A DNA stretch of 64,000 nt from Acidobacteriota bacterium. GTDB taxonomy: Bacteria > Acidobacteriota > Vicinamibacteria > Vicinamibacterales > CAVVIG01. Positions 1 to 8,028 of the stretch are shown here, piece after piece. Where the stretch lies: assembly GCA_003222395.1 (NCBI GenBank), contig QHWB01000040.1:573-64572 (forward strand). The letters run 5' to 3'. The translations under genes were made by a program, and so were the position numbers. Numbering within the stretch: the stretch's first letter is position 1; the number at the start of each line of letters is the position of its first letter. Under the pieces are notes generated by a model, which saw only the letters and a program-made list of their open reading frames with translations, was not told the origin of the DNA and did not search any database.

Positions 1-305
1 GACGACGTTACGCAGGCCGGCGTATCAATCCGGCTCATCGCTTCTCCACAGGCTCGATGACGGCTCTTCATTCGGTCGCGCATCTGGCGGCCAATCGCTT
101 CGCGCTCCACCGTAACAGTTCTTCACCATCACTCGTTCGCAATCTGATCTGACTTCGCAGGACGAAGTCGGACCAACCGGCTGCGCCTTCGGACGCCGCG
201 TCGCTGGAGGTGTGTGCCAAGAGAGGAGTCGATGACTGCAATCGATGTCGCGTCGGTTTCGGGGGTGTGTGCAACGGGAATGCAGATTCATGCTTGGAGG
301 AGATC

Positions 306-3300
306 ATGAGTAGTTCGAAACTTTTGACGTGTCGCCGTCCACGATCGGCGAGACGTTGGGCGCTCGCTTTGACGATCGCGATGGTGATGCCGGGCGTAGG
401 CGGTCAGCTGTTCGTGCCGACGACGGTCCATGCACAGACGGCCCCGACCGGATCCGGGTTCACGATCAACGCGGAAGATCTGCGGTTCATCTACGACCAG
501 ATCCTCGTCGCGCAGGATCACGCCGCCGGCGGAACGCTGCTCGGGCCTGGCCCCAACCAGGTTCACGATCCGCAGCTCCCGCGCGGTCTGCGAACCGTTG
601 ACGGGTCGTTCAACAACCTTGTACCAATCCCCGATCAGCACCTGTTCGGCGCGTCCGATCAGGTCTTCCCGCGTCGGACCACGCCGGCGTTCCGCGCCGC
701 CGAGGCCGGGACGTCTTACGCGCAAACGTCGGGAGATGTCATCGACTCGCAGCCGCGCATCGCGACCAACCTGATCGTCGATCAGTCGGCAGCCAACCCC
801 GCGGCCGTCGCGGCGGCCACGAACCCGTGCGGCTCGGGCGGCTTCGTGTGCTCGACGCCGACCAGCCTCGCGGCGGTTACCGACCCTGATTCCGGCGCGC
901 TGTTCATCCCGAACATCACGCCCGACTTCGGGCTCTCTGCGCCGTTCAATCTGATGTTCACGTTCTTCGGCCAGTTCTTCGATCACGGCCTCGACCTCGT
1001 GAACAAGGGCGGCAACGGCAACGTGATCATGCCGCTGCAACCTGACGATCCGCTGTTCATCCCGGGCAGCCCGGCCAACTTCATGGTGATGACCCGCGCA
1101 ACGATGCTGCCGGGTCCGGACGGCATCGTGGGAACGGCCGACGACATTCACGACAGCATCAATCAGACGACGCCGTGGGTCGATCAGAACCAGACCTACA
1201 CCTCACATCCGGCCCATCAGGTGTTCCTGCGCCAGTACGTGATGGTTGGCGGAAAGCCGATGCAGGACGGCAAAGTGCTCGACGGCGGATTCTGCTCGCC
1301 GCGCGGCACCGGCATCCCCGGCGATCAGATCTGCAACATCGGCAACTGGGCCGAGGTCAAGGCCCAGGCGTCGACCAAGCTCGGAATCCGGCTCCTCGAC
1401 CGGGACGTGTTCGATGTGCCACTGGTCCTCACCGATCCGTACGGGCACTTCAAGCCGGGCCCCCACGGATTCCCGCAGCTGGTGATCGGACCCGCAGCCA
1501 CGCCGACGCTCCGCGAGGGCGACCCGACGGCGAATGGCGGGCGCGGCGTCAACTCGACCGACGCGCTGCACACCAATCATCAGTTCCTCAATGACATCGC
1601 GCACAACGCCGTGCCGGCCCCGGGTCTCGCGCCAGACGGCGACGCGACGATCTGCGACTTCCGCACCTGCGTCCAGCCGGCCGGCACGTACGACGACGAG
1701 CTGCTCAACCTGCACATGGTCACGGGCGATGGGCGTGGCAACGAAAACATCGCGCTGACGATGGTGCACAACCTTTTCCACGCGGAGCACAACCGACTGC
1801 GCGACCAAATCGATCAACTGATCAACACGCTGTTGACGCCGGCAGAGATTGCGGCGTGGCACGCGGTGCATTCAGGCTCGGGCTGGGACTACGGCGAGCG
1901 GCTCTTCCAGGCAGCGCGCCTCGTCACCGAGATGGAATACCAGCACCTCGTGTTCGAGGAGTACGCGCGCACGATCCAGCCGCTCATCAATCCGTTCTTG
2001 GGCGGCATTACCTCGATCAACGGCGCGATCGCGGCCGAGTTCGCACACACCGTGTATCGCCTCGGTCACTCGATGCTGCCTGAGGTCCTGGGACGCATCA
2101 ACGTCGACGGAACGACCAACGACATCCGTTTGTTGAACGCGTTCCTCGCCCCTCAAAAGTACAACGACGGAGGGCCCGCCGGACCCCTGCCCGCCGCCGC
2201 GGCGGCCGGGAGCCTCATTCGCGGCCTGTCGCGACAGATCGGCAACGAGCTCGATGAGTTCGTGACGTCCTCGGTGCGCAACACGCTGGTCGGTCTGCCC
2301 CTCGACCTGCCGGCGATCAATATCGCCCGCAGCCGCAGCGAAGGGATTCCGCGGCTGAACGAGGTGCGTAGCCAGCTGTTCGCCGCGACGCAAGATGCGG
2401 CCCTTCTGCCCTACGCGAACTGGTTCGAGTTCGGACTCGGCTTGAAGCACTTCGAGTCGCTGACGAACTTCATCGCGGCGTACGGCACGCATCCGAACAT
2501 CACGGCGGCAACGACGGTCGCAGCAAAGCGGGCTGCGGCGCAGCTGCTGATTGACGCGGGCGACGCGATCTTGTTCGCTCCTGCGGCGACCAGCGGTCTC
2601 AACAATGTCGATTTCTGGCCCGGCGGTATGGCCGAGAAGCAGTCCGTCTTCGGCGGTCTGCTCGGGACGACGTTCAACTACATCTTCGAGACGCAGTTGG
2701 AGTTCCTGCAGAACGGCGACCGCTTCTACTACCTGCAGCGTCTGGACGGCGTCAACCTGGTTCAACAACTCGAGGGCAACTCGTTCGCCGAGTTGGCCAG
2801 GCGCAACACGACTGTCGGCGGAACGATGGACATCATCTTCAAGACGGCGGATTTCAATTTCGATGCGGCGACCTTGACTGGAACCGCTCCCGTCCTCGTG
2901 GATCCGCTCGATCCGAACAGCGCCAGGATTCTGACGCTGGTCGACGGGACGAAGTTGTTCTTCGATCCGCTGCACGCCGGCAAGAACATCGTCTTCAACG
3001 GCGGTCCCGGCGTCGACCGGTTCCGGTCCGATGTCGGCGACGACTCGATCTACGGCAACGGCGGCAACGACCGGTTGTCGGGCGGCGAAGGCAACGACAC
3101 GATCCTCGGAGGCGACGGCGACGACCTCCTCTTCGGAGACAACGGCGACGACGTCCTGAAAGGCGGCCCCGGCAATGACGCCATGCAGTCCGGGCCCGGG
3201 TTCGGCGCAGACCTCCTCATCGGCGGCGACGGGAACGACTTCATGGTCGGCAGCGACGACGGAAATGAGTTCTTCGCTGGCCCGGGGAACGACTTCGTCG

Positions 3301-5405
3301 TGGATGGCAGTCAGAGGGCCGAGACGATCGTCGGTGGAACCGGCGACGACTGGATCGACGCCGGCGATGGACATGACGGCGGCATTTTCGGGGACGAAGC
3401 AAACGTCTTCGACTTGCTCGCCGGCCTAGACCCGCTCGGCGGCGATGACGTCCTGGATGGCGGTCCTGGACAGGACAACCACTTCAGCCATGGCGGCGAC
3501 GACATCATGCTGATGTCGGAGGGCTCGAACAAGTTCTTCGGCGATTACGGCTTCGACTGGATCACCCTGCGAGGCTGGACGCAACCGGAGTTCATCGAGC
3601 TCAGCCTGCTGGCACTGCCGAATGTTCCGGTGAACTTCAACGACCTCCGCAACAAGTACCGCTTCGTCGACGGCGCATCCGGCTGGGACCTCAACGATCA
3701 CATCGGGGGCTCGAACGAGGTGCTGTGCGAGCCGCCGGGCGAAATCGCCGAGTGTCTCGTCGTCGGCATGGAGCTGACAACGGCAGGCGCGGCCAAGATC
3801 ACCGGCCTCACCGCACTGATGGGACCGACCGGGTTCAACCAGGACTTGAATTCCCCTGCCATCCCGGGCGTCAAAGGCGTGGGGTTCATGGGCGGCGACA
3901 TCCTGTTGGGCGGTCGCGGCAGCGACGTGCTGGAAGGCAAGCTCGGTGATGACCTGATTGATGGTGATTTGTGGTTGGACGTGAAGCTCCGGGCGGTCTA
4001 CAACAACGGGACCGTGAGGGAGGTCAACGGCCCTCGGGATCTCGTACTGGATGTCCTCTCGGATCCGCAGCTGCTCAACCCCGGGAACATCACGATCGTC
4101 AAGCGCATCATCACGCCGCCGGCGGTTCCGGCGGACTGCGGCGCCGCGGTGCCGCTCAACTGCGACACGGCCGTGTACAACTTCCCCCGGGCGGATTTCG
4201 ACATCACCCCCAACGCGAACGGCTCGGTGACGGTCACGCACGTTCCTGCCCTGGCGAGAGACATCCCGTTCGCCGAGGGCACCGACACGCTGCGGAACAT
4301 CGAGCAACTGCAGTTCACCGATATGACCATCCCCACGCCGGTCTTCGTCGCCACGGCGATCGTCCCGAACGTCGTCGGGTTGACCGACGCGGCGGCGGCG
4401 GACGCAATCACGGTTGTGGGCCTGCTGGTCGGTGACGTTGCCGGCGTCGAAACCCTGGCCTTCCCGGTGGGCACCGTCCTCGACCAGTCCCCGGCCGCCG
4501 GCACGAGGCTGACGCTTGGGGGCCGCGTGAACCTGCAGGTCGCGATTGCACCGCGCGGGGTGGTGCCTAGCGTCATCGGACTCACGCAGGCGGTCGCGAC
4601 GGCGTCGATCACGGGCGCCGGCCTGGTGGTCGGCACTGTGACGACTCAGAGCAGTGCGATCTTCCCGGCTGGAACCGTGATCACCCAGGATCCGGTCGCC
4701 GGTAAGAAGGTGCCGCTCGGAAGCGCCGTCAACCTGGTCGTATCGACGGGCCCGCCGCCGACGATCGCGGCGACGGTCACGCGCAACTCGAGCACGCAGG
4801 CGACAACGATCTCCAGTCCGTTGATCGCGGCGGCGGCGAACACGTTGCTGGTGGCGTTCGTGTCGACGGACGCGCCGGATCCGTGTTGCGCTCCGAACAC
4901 GGTCGTCAACAGCGTCACGAACAACAACGGCGCCATGACGTGGACCAGAGCGGTACGGTCGAACGCGCAGCTCGGGACCGCGGAAGTCTGGTGGGCGTTC
5001 ACGCCGGTTGTACGTTCGGGCATGAACGTGACGGCGAGGTTGAACAATTCTGTCGCAGCGTCACTGACCGTGATGGCGTTCACCAACGCGGCATCGTCTC
5101 TCGTCGGCGCGGCTGCCGTGGCAGCCAACGCCGCGAGCGGTGCGCCGTCGGCAACGCTGATCACCACCCGCGCCGACTCGTATGTGATTGGGGTGGGGAC
5201 TGACTGGGATGCGCCGCGCGTGATGACGCCGGCGGCCGGTCAGACGATCGTGAATCAGTTCACTCCGACCGTGGGCGATACGTACTGGGTGCAGCGGACC
5301 AATCCGGTGCCGGCAGCCGGTACGAGCGTCACTATCAGCGACACCTACGGCGCGACGATGCCGGATCGCTGGAACCTGGCGCTGATCGAAATCAGAAAGC
5401 CGTAG
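306..5405 (+). CDS. Secreted multidomain haem peroxidase (peroxidase-cyclooxygenase superfamily) fused to RTX Ca-binding repeats, two PASTA-like domains and an uncharacterised C-terminal beta-rich domain (1699 aa)
   Basis: ORF 210..5405. GGAGG at 294-298 precedes ATG 306, giving a Sec-type signal peptide (MSSSKLLTCRRPRSARRWALALTIAMVMPGVGG...VHAQT). Peroxidase motifs: FGQFFDHGLD (distal His), GDGRGNE, EHNR, YRLGHSML (proximal His), GDRFYY. GGxGxD nonapeptide runs at ~nt 3000-3560 and 3890-3970. Two ~65-aa PASTA-like units at ~nt 4355-4755. Confidence 0.85.
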   Translation: MSSSKLLTCRRPRSARRWALALTIAMVMPGVGGQLFVPTTVHAQTAPTGSGFTINAEDLRFIYDQILVAQDHAAGGTLLGPGPNQVHDPQLPRGLRTVDGSFNNLVPIPDQHLFGASDQVFPRRTTPAFRAAEAGTSYAQTSGDVIDSQPRIATNLIVDQSAANPAAVAAATNPCGSGGFVCSTPTSLAAVTDPDSGALFIPNITPDFGLSAPFNLMFTFFGQFFDHGLDLVNKGGNGNVIMPLQPDDPLFIPGSPANFMVMTRATMLPGPDGIVGTADDIHDSINQTTPWVDQNQTYTSHPAHQVFLRQYVMVGGKPMQDGKVLDGGFCSPRGTGIPGDQICNIGNWAEVKAQASTKLGIRLLDRDVFDVPLVLTDPYGHFKPGPHGFPQLVIGPAATPTLREGDPTANGGRGVNSTDALHTNHQFLNDIAHNAVPAPGLAPDGDATICDFRTCVQPAGTYDDELLNLHMVTGDGRGNENIALTMVHNLFHAEHNRLRDQIDQLINTLLTPAEIAAWHAVHSGSGWDYGERLFQAARLVTEMEYQHLVFEEYARTIQPLINPFLGGITSINGAIAAEFAHTVYRLGHSMLPEVLGRINVDGTTNDIRLLNAFLAPQKYNDGGPAGPLPAAAAAGSLIRGLSRQIGNELDEFVTSSVRNTLVGLPLDLPAINIARSRSEGIPRLNEVRSQLFAATQDAALLPYANWFEFGLGLKHFESLTNFIAAYGTHPNITAATTVAAKRAAAQLLIDAGDAILFAPAATSGLNNVDFWPGGMAEKQSVFGGLLGTTFNYIFETQLEFLQNGDRFYYLQRLDGVNLVQQLEGNSFAELARRNTTVGGTMDIIFKTADFNFDAATLTGTAPVLVDPLDPNSARILTLVDGTKLFFDPLHAGKNIVFNGGPGVDRFRSDVGDDSIYGNGGNDRLSGGEGNDTILGGDGDDLLFGDNGDDVLKGGPGNDAMQSGPGFGADLLIGGDGNDFMVGSDDGNEFFAGPGNDFVVDGSQRAETIVGGTGDDWIDAGDGHDGGIFGDEANVFDLLAGLDPLGGDDVLDGGPGQDNHFSHGGDDIMLMSEGSNKFFGDYGFDWITLRGWTQPEFIELSLLALPNVPVNFNDLRNKYRFVDGASGWDLNDHIGGSNEVLCEPPGEIAECLVVGMELTTAGAAKITGLTALMGPTGFNQDLNSPAIPGVKGVGFMGGDILLGGRGSDVLEGKLGDDLIDGDLWLDVKLRAVYNNGTVREVNGPRDLVLDVLSDPQLLNPGNITIVKRIITPPAVPADCGAAVPLNCDTAVYNFPRADFDITPNANGSVTVTHVPALARDIPFAEGTDTLRNIEQLQFTDMTIPTPVFVATAIVPNVVGLTDAAAADAITVVGLLVGDVAGVETLAFPVGTVLDQSPAAGTRLTLGGRVNLQVAIAPRGVVPSVIGLTQAVATASITGAGLVVGTVTTQSSAIFPAGTVITQDPVAGKKVPLGSAVNLVVSTGPPPTIAATVTRNSSTQATTISSPLIAAAANTLLVAFVSTDAPDPCCAPNTVVNSVTNNNGAMTWTRAVRSNAQLGTAEVWWAFTPVVRSGMNVTARLNNSVAASLTVMAFTNAASSLVGAAAVAANAASGAPSATLITTRADSYVIGVGTDWDAPRVMTPAAGQTIVNQFTPTVGDTYWVQRTNPVPAAGTSVTISDTYGATMPDRWNLALIEIRKP

Positions 5406-5466
5406 TCAGAGCGGCGTTTCCGCGGGGCAGAGCACACATCGGGTGCTCTGCCCCGTTGGAGTATCC

Positions 5467-6192
5467 ATGCGAGTCACACACGACGCGGGAGAGACACACG
5501 ACACGCCCACGATCGCCGTGCTGCTGGCGAGCGAGCACCTCATCGTACGCGAGGGGCTGCGCAAGCTGCTCGAGGCTGAACCGGGCGTCGTCGTCGTCGG
5601 CGACGTCTCCGATCCACAGGAGGCGCTGACGGTGACGCGCGCTGTCAAGCCGCACGTGGTGATCGTCGGCTTCTCCGGACGGCTGCTCGTCCGGACGCTT
5701 CGATCGCTGCGGCAGCTCGTGCCGGCCGGCGAATACGGCCGCGTGATCGTCCTTGCGCCGAGAATCGACAAGAAGCAGATGGTCCAGGCGCTGCAGCTCG
5801 GCGTCGGCGGCATCCTGCTCAAGGAAACCTCGGCTCGGGAGCTCGTCGAAAGCGTTCGGAAAGTAGTGGCGGGCGAACGAATCGGCACTTCGCGCGATCT
5901 CGCCGGCAGCGGTGAACCGCTGCTTCGAAATCGCGTGGACGAATCCGGCACGACGCAGCAGTTCGGGTTGACCTCACGAGAGCTCGATATCGTCGCGGCG
6001 GTTCGACGCGGCGACAGCAACCGGGCGATCGCGCGGCGGCTCGCGCTGTCGGAAGACACGGTCAAGCACCACCTGACCAGCGTGTTCGACAAAACCGGGG
6101 TCGCTTCGCGGCTCGAGCTCGCGGTGTTCGCGATGCAGTACGGGCTCGGAGACGACGGCGTCGGCGCGCAAACGTTCATGAATCAGAGGTGA
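5467..6192 (+). CDS. LuxR/NarL-family transcriptional regulator with a degenerate (non-phosphorylatable) receiver domain
   Basis: C-terminal LuxR HTH (LTSRELDIVAAVRRGDSNRAIARRLALSEDTVKHHLTSVFDKTGV). The N-terminal fold aligns to NarL-type receivers, but the acidic pair is AS(E) and the phospho-acceptor position reads VVIVGF (Gly, codon 5668-5670) where D is expected. The LLK lysine is kept. GGAG at 5456-5459 favours ATG 5467 over GTG 5443. Confidence 0.8.
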   Translation: MRVTHDAGETHDTPTIAVLLASEHLIVREGLRKLLEAEPGVVVVGDVSDPQEALTVTRAVKPHVVIVGFSGRLLVRTLRSLRQLVPAGEYGRVIVLAPRIDKKQMVQALQLGVGGILLKETSARELVESVRKVVAGERIGTSRDLAGSGEPLLRNRVDESGTTQQFGLTSRELDIVAAVRRGDSNRAIARRLALSEDTVKHHLTSVFDKTGVASRLELAVFAMQYGLGDDGVGAQTFMNQR

Positions 6193-6197
6193 TACCA

Positions 6198-6836
6198 ATG
6201 CACGCTGTGAATCTTCGATCGATTCTGGCGCCGGTCGTCGGCGCCGCGATTTGCTTCCTCGCGGCCCAGCGGCCGGGCGCGGCGCTGCGCGAGACGCCGC
6301 TCGAGCACTTCAGCGCGCGAGCCGTCAGCATCGCCGACAACCAGCCCGAGGCACGCGTCGACATCCTCGTCAACCGCTGGTCGACCGACGATGAATGGAC
6401 GAGAGCACGCACGGCGCTCGCCGAAGGCGGGCCGGCCGGGCTGCTCGACACGCTTCACCACCTCCGGCAGCGCGTCGGCGTGGTGCTGATGCCCGGCGTC
6501 GGCGCATCGGGCGCCCGCGCGCGTCTGCGCTTACCGCGGAACCTGGTCTTCGCGCGCGAGATCCGCGCGAAGGAGGGCCGGCGGGTGATCCTCGTCGCCG
6601 ATCAGCACCTCGGCCTCGGCGAATCGCGCCGCGAGGCGCGGATCGATCGCGACGAGTTCAACCTGCTCGACGTCCGCTTCGGTCCCGATGGCACCGGCGT
6701 CGGCAAGCTGACGTCTGACACGAACATCAGGTACGACAAGGAAACGAAGATGATCGAGATGGAGGATTACGGCAAGCGGCCGGCGCGGCTGGTCGACGTC
6801 AGAGTGGAAAAGTCTGACGCAGCAACTACGAAGTAA
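6198..6836 (+). CDS. Hypothetical secreted protein (212 aa), no recognisable domain
   Basis: ORF 6189..6836. AGAGG at 6186-6190 precedes ATG 6198. N-terminal hydrophobic signal-like segment (LRSILAPVVGAAICFLAAQRPGAA). High GC3 coding-like composition. It follows the LuxR stop directly. Confidence 0.55.
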   Translation: MHAVNLRSILAPVVGAAICFLAAQRPGAALRETPLEHFSARAVSIADNQPEARVDILVNRWSTDDEWTRARTALAEGGPAGLLDTLHHLRQRVGVVLMPGVGASGARARLRLPRNLVFAREIRAKEGRRVILVADQHLGLGESRREARIDRDEFNLLDVRFGPDGTGVGKLTSDTNIRYDKETKMIEMEDYGKRPARLVDVRVEKSDAATTK

Positions 6837-6847
6837 GAAGTACGAAG

Positions 6848-6926
6848 TACGGCAAAACGCAGAGAACGCAAAGATCGCAGAGGATCACATCCCCCGCGAT
6901 CTCGGCGGACTCTGCGTTTTGTCGTA
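6848..6926. terminator. Long nested hairpin in the convergent spacer between the hypothetical gene and korB (candidate bidirectional terminator)
   Basis: TACGGCAAAACGCAGAG (6848-6864) pairs with CTCTGCGTTTTGTCGTA (6910-6926), 17 bp with one G-U. An inner stem AGATCGC (6872-6878) pairs with GCGATCT (6896-6902). The flanks carry degenerate GAAGTAC, AACGCAGAG and GAACTTCG short repeats (6838-6990). Confidence 0.45.
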
Positions 6927-6991
6927 CATTGAACTTCGACCTTCGTAGTTCGAACTTTGTAGGTCGAACTTCGGACTTCGCACTTCAGACT

Positions 6992-8020
6992 TTAGCGAAG
7001 CGACTCCATAATCTCGTCCAACGCTTCCCTGCCCGGCCTTATACGATCGAGCGGAAGCGTCGCCAGCGGCTCGTCCACCACGTTCAGCAGCTCGAGGAAG
7101 TCGTCGCGATCCGGCTCGATGTAGATCAGGCCGGTCGCGAACTCGCCGCGGCGCGCGGTCTCGTGCAGCCGCTTCAGCGCGCCGATCTTGTCGGTCGGAT
7201 CGTAGTCCTGTTCGAGCTTCTTCAGCACCAGCTTCGAACCGTCGTGCATCGTCACTTCCTGCGCGGTGCCGGGCTCGTAGTCGACGGTGATGTCCTCGAA
7301 GAACGGAACGAAGGTGACTTCTTCGAGCGGGTCGTCGTGATCCTTCGCGTACGCGTAGCTCTTGGTCGATCCCTCGTGGTCGTTGAACGTCACGCACGGC
7401 GAGATGACGTCGAGCATCACGGTGCCGCGGTGCGCGAGCGCCGCCTTGAGCAGCGCCAGCAGCTGCTTCTTGTCGCCCGAGAACGATCGGCCGACGAACG
7501 TGGCGCCCAGCTCGACCGCCAGCGCGCAGGTGTCGATCGGCGGCAGGTCGTTCACGACGCCGGTCTTCAGCTTCGATCCGAGATCGGCCGTCGGCGAGAA
7601 CTGTCCCTTCGTCAGGCCGTAGCAGCCGTTGTCTTCGATGATGTAGATGATCGGCAGGTTGCGGCGCATCAGGTGCACGAACTGTCCGATGCCGATGGCG
7701 CCGGTGTCGCCGTCGCCGCTGACGCCGATCGCGATGAGCTTCTTGTTCGCGAGCATCGCGCCGGTGCCGACCGACGGCATGCGGCCGTGGACGGCGTTGA
7801 AGCCGTGCGAGCCGCCGAGGAAATACGCGGGACTCTTGCTGGAGCAGCCAATGCCCGACAGCTTGATGACCTGCCGCGGATTGACGCCCATCTCGTAGAA
7901 GGCGTCGATGATGCGCTCGGAAATCGCATTATGGCCGCAGCCGGCGCACAGCGTCGTCTTGCCGCCTTTGTAGACTTGAGGCTCCAGGCCGATTCGGTTG
8001 ACTTTGACTGGTGTAGGCAT
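6992..8020 (-). CDS. korB: 2-oxoglutarate/2-oxoacid:ferredoxin oxidoreductase beta subunit (TPP-binding), 342 aa
   Basis: The last 342 codons of track ORF 6992..9712 start MPTPVKVNRIG (ATG 8020). Motifs: CAGCGH, GDGDTGAIG TPP motif, IIEDNGCYGLTKGQ. Lies directly downstream of korA. Confidence 0.9.
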   Translation of the reverse strand: MPTPVKVNRIGLEPQVYKGGKTTLCAGCGHNAISERIIDAFYEMGVNPRQVIKLSGIGCSSKSPAYFLGGSHGFNAVHGRMPSVGTGAMLANKKLIAIGVSGDGDTGAIGIGQFVHLMRRNLPIIYIIEDNGCYGLTKGQFSPTADLGSKLKTGVVNDLPPIDTCALAVELGATFVGRSFSGDKKQLLALLKAALAHRGTVMLDVISPCVTFNDHEGSTKSYAYAKDHDDPLEEVTFVPFFEDITVDYEPGTAQEVTMHDGSKLVLKKLEQDYDPTDKIGALKRLHETARRGEFATGLIYIEPDRDDFLELLNVVDEPLATLPLDRIRPGREALDEIMESLR

Positions 8021-8028
8021 AGTGTCTG

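Noticed and set aside
1-305. Possible 5' end of a minus-strand gene running off the left edge (ATG at 38 or 71), and ORFs 25..291 / 68..307
   Set aside because: Too little sequence is available, no motif is recognisable, and the composition is not clearly coding. I treated it as the peroxidase upstream region.
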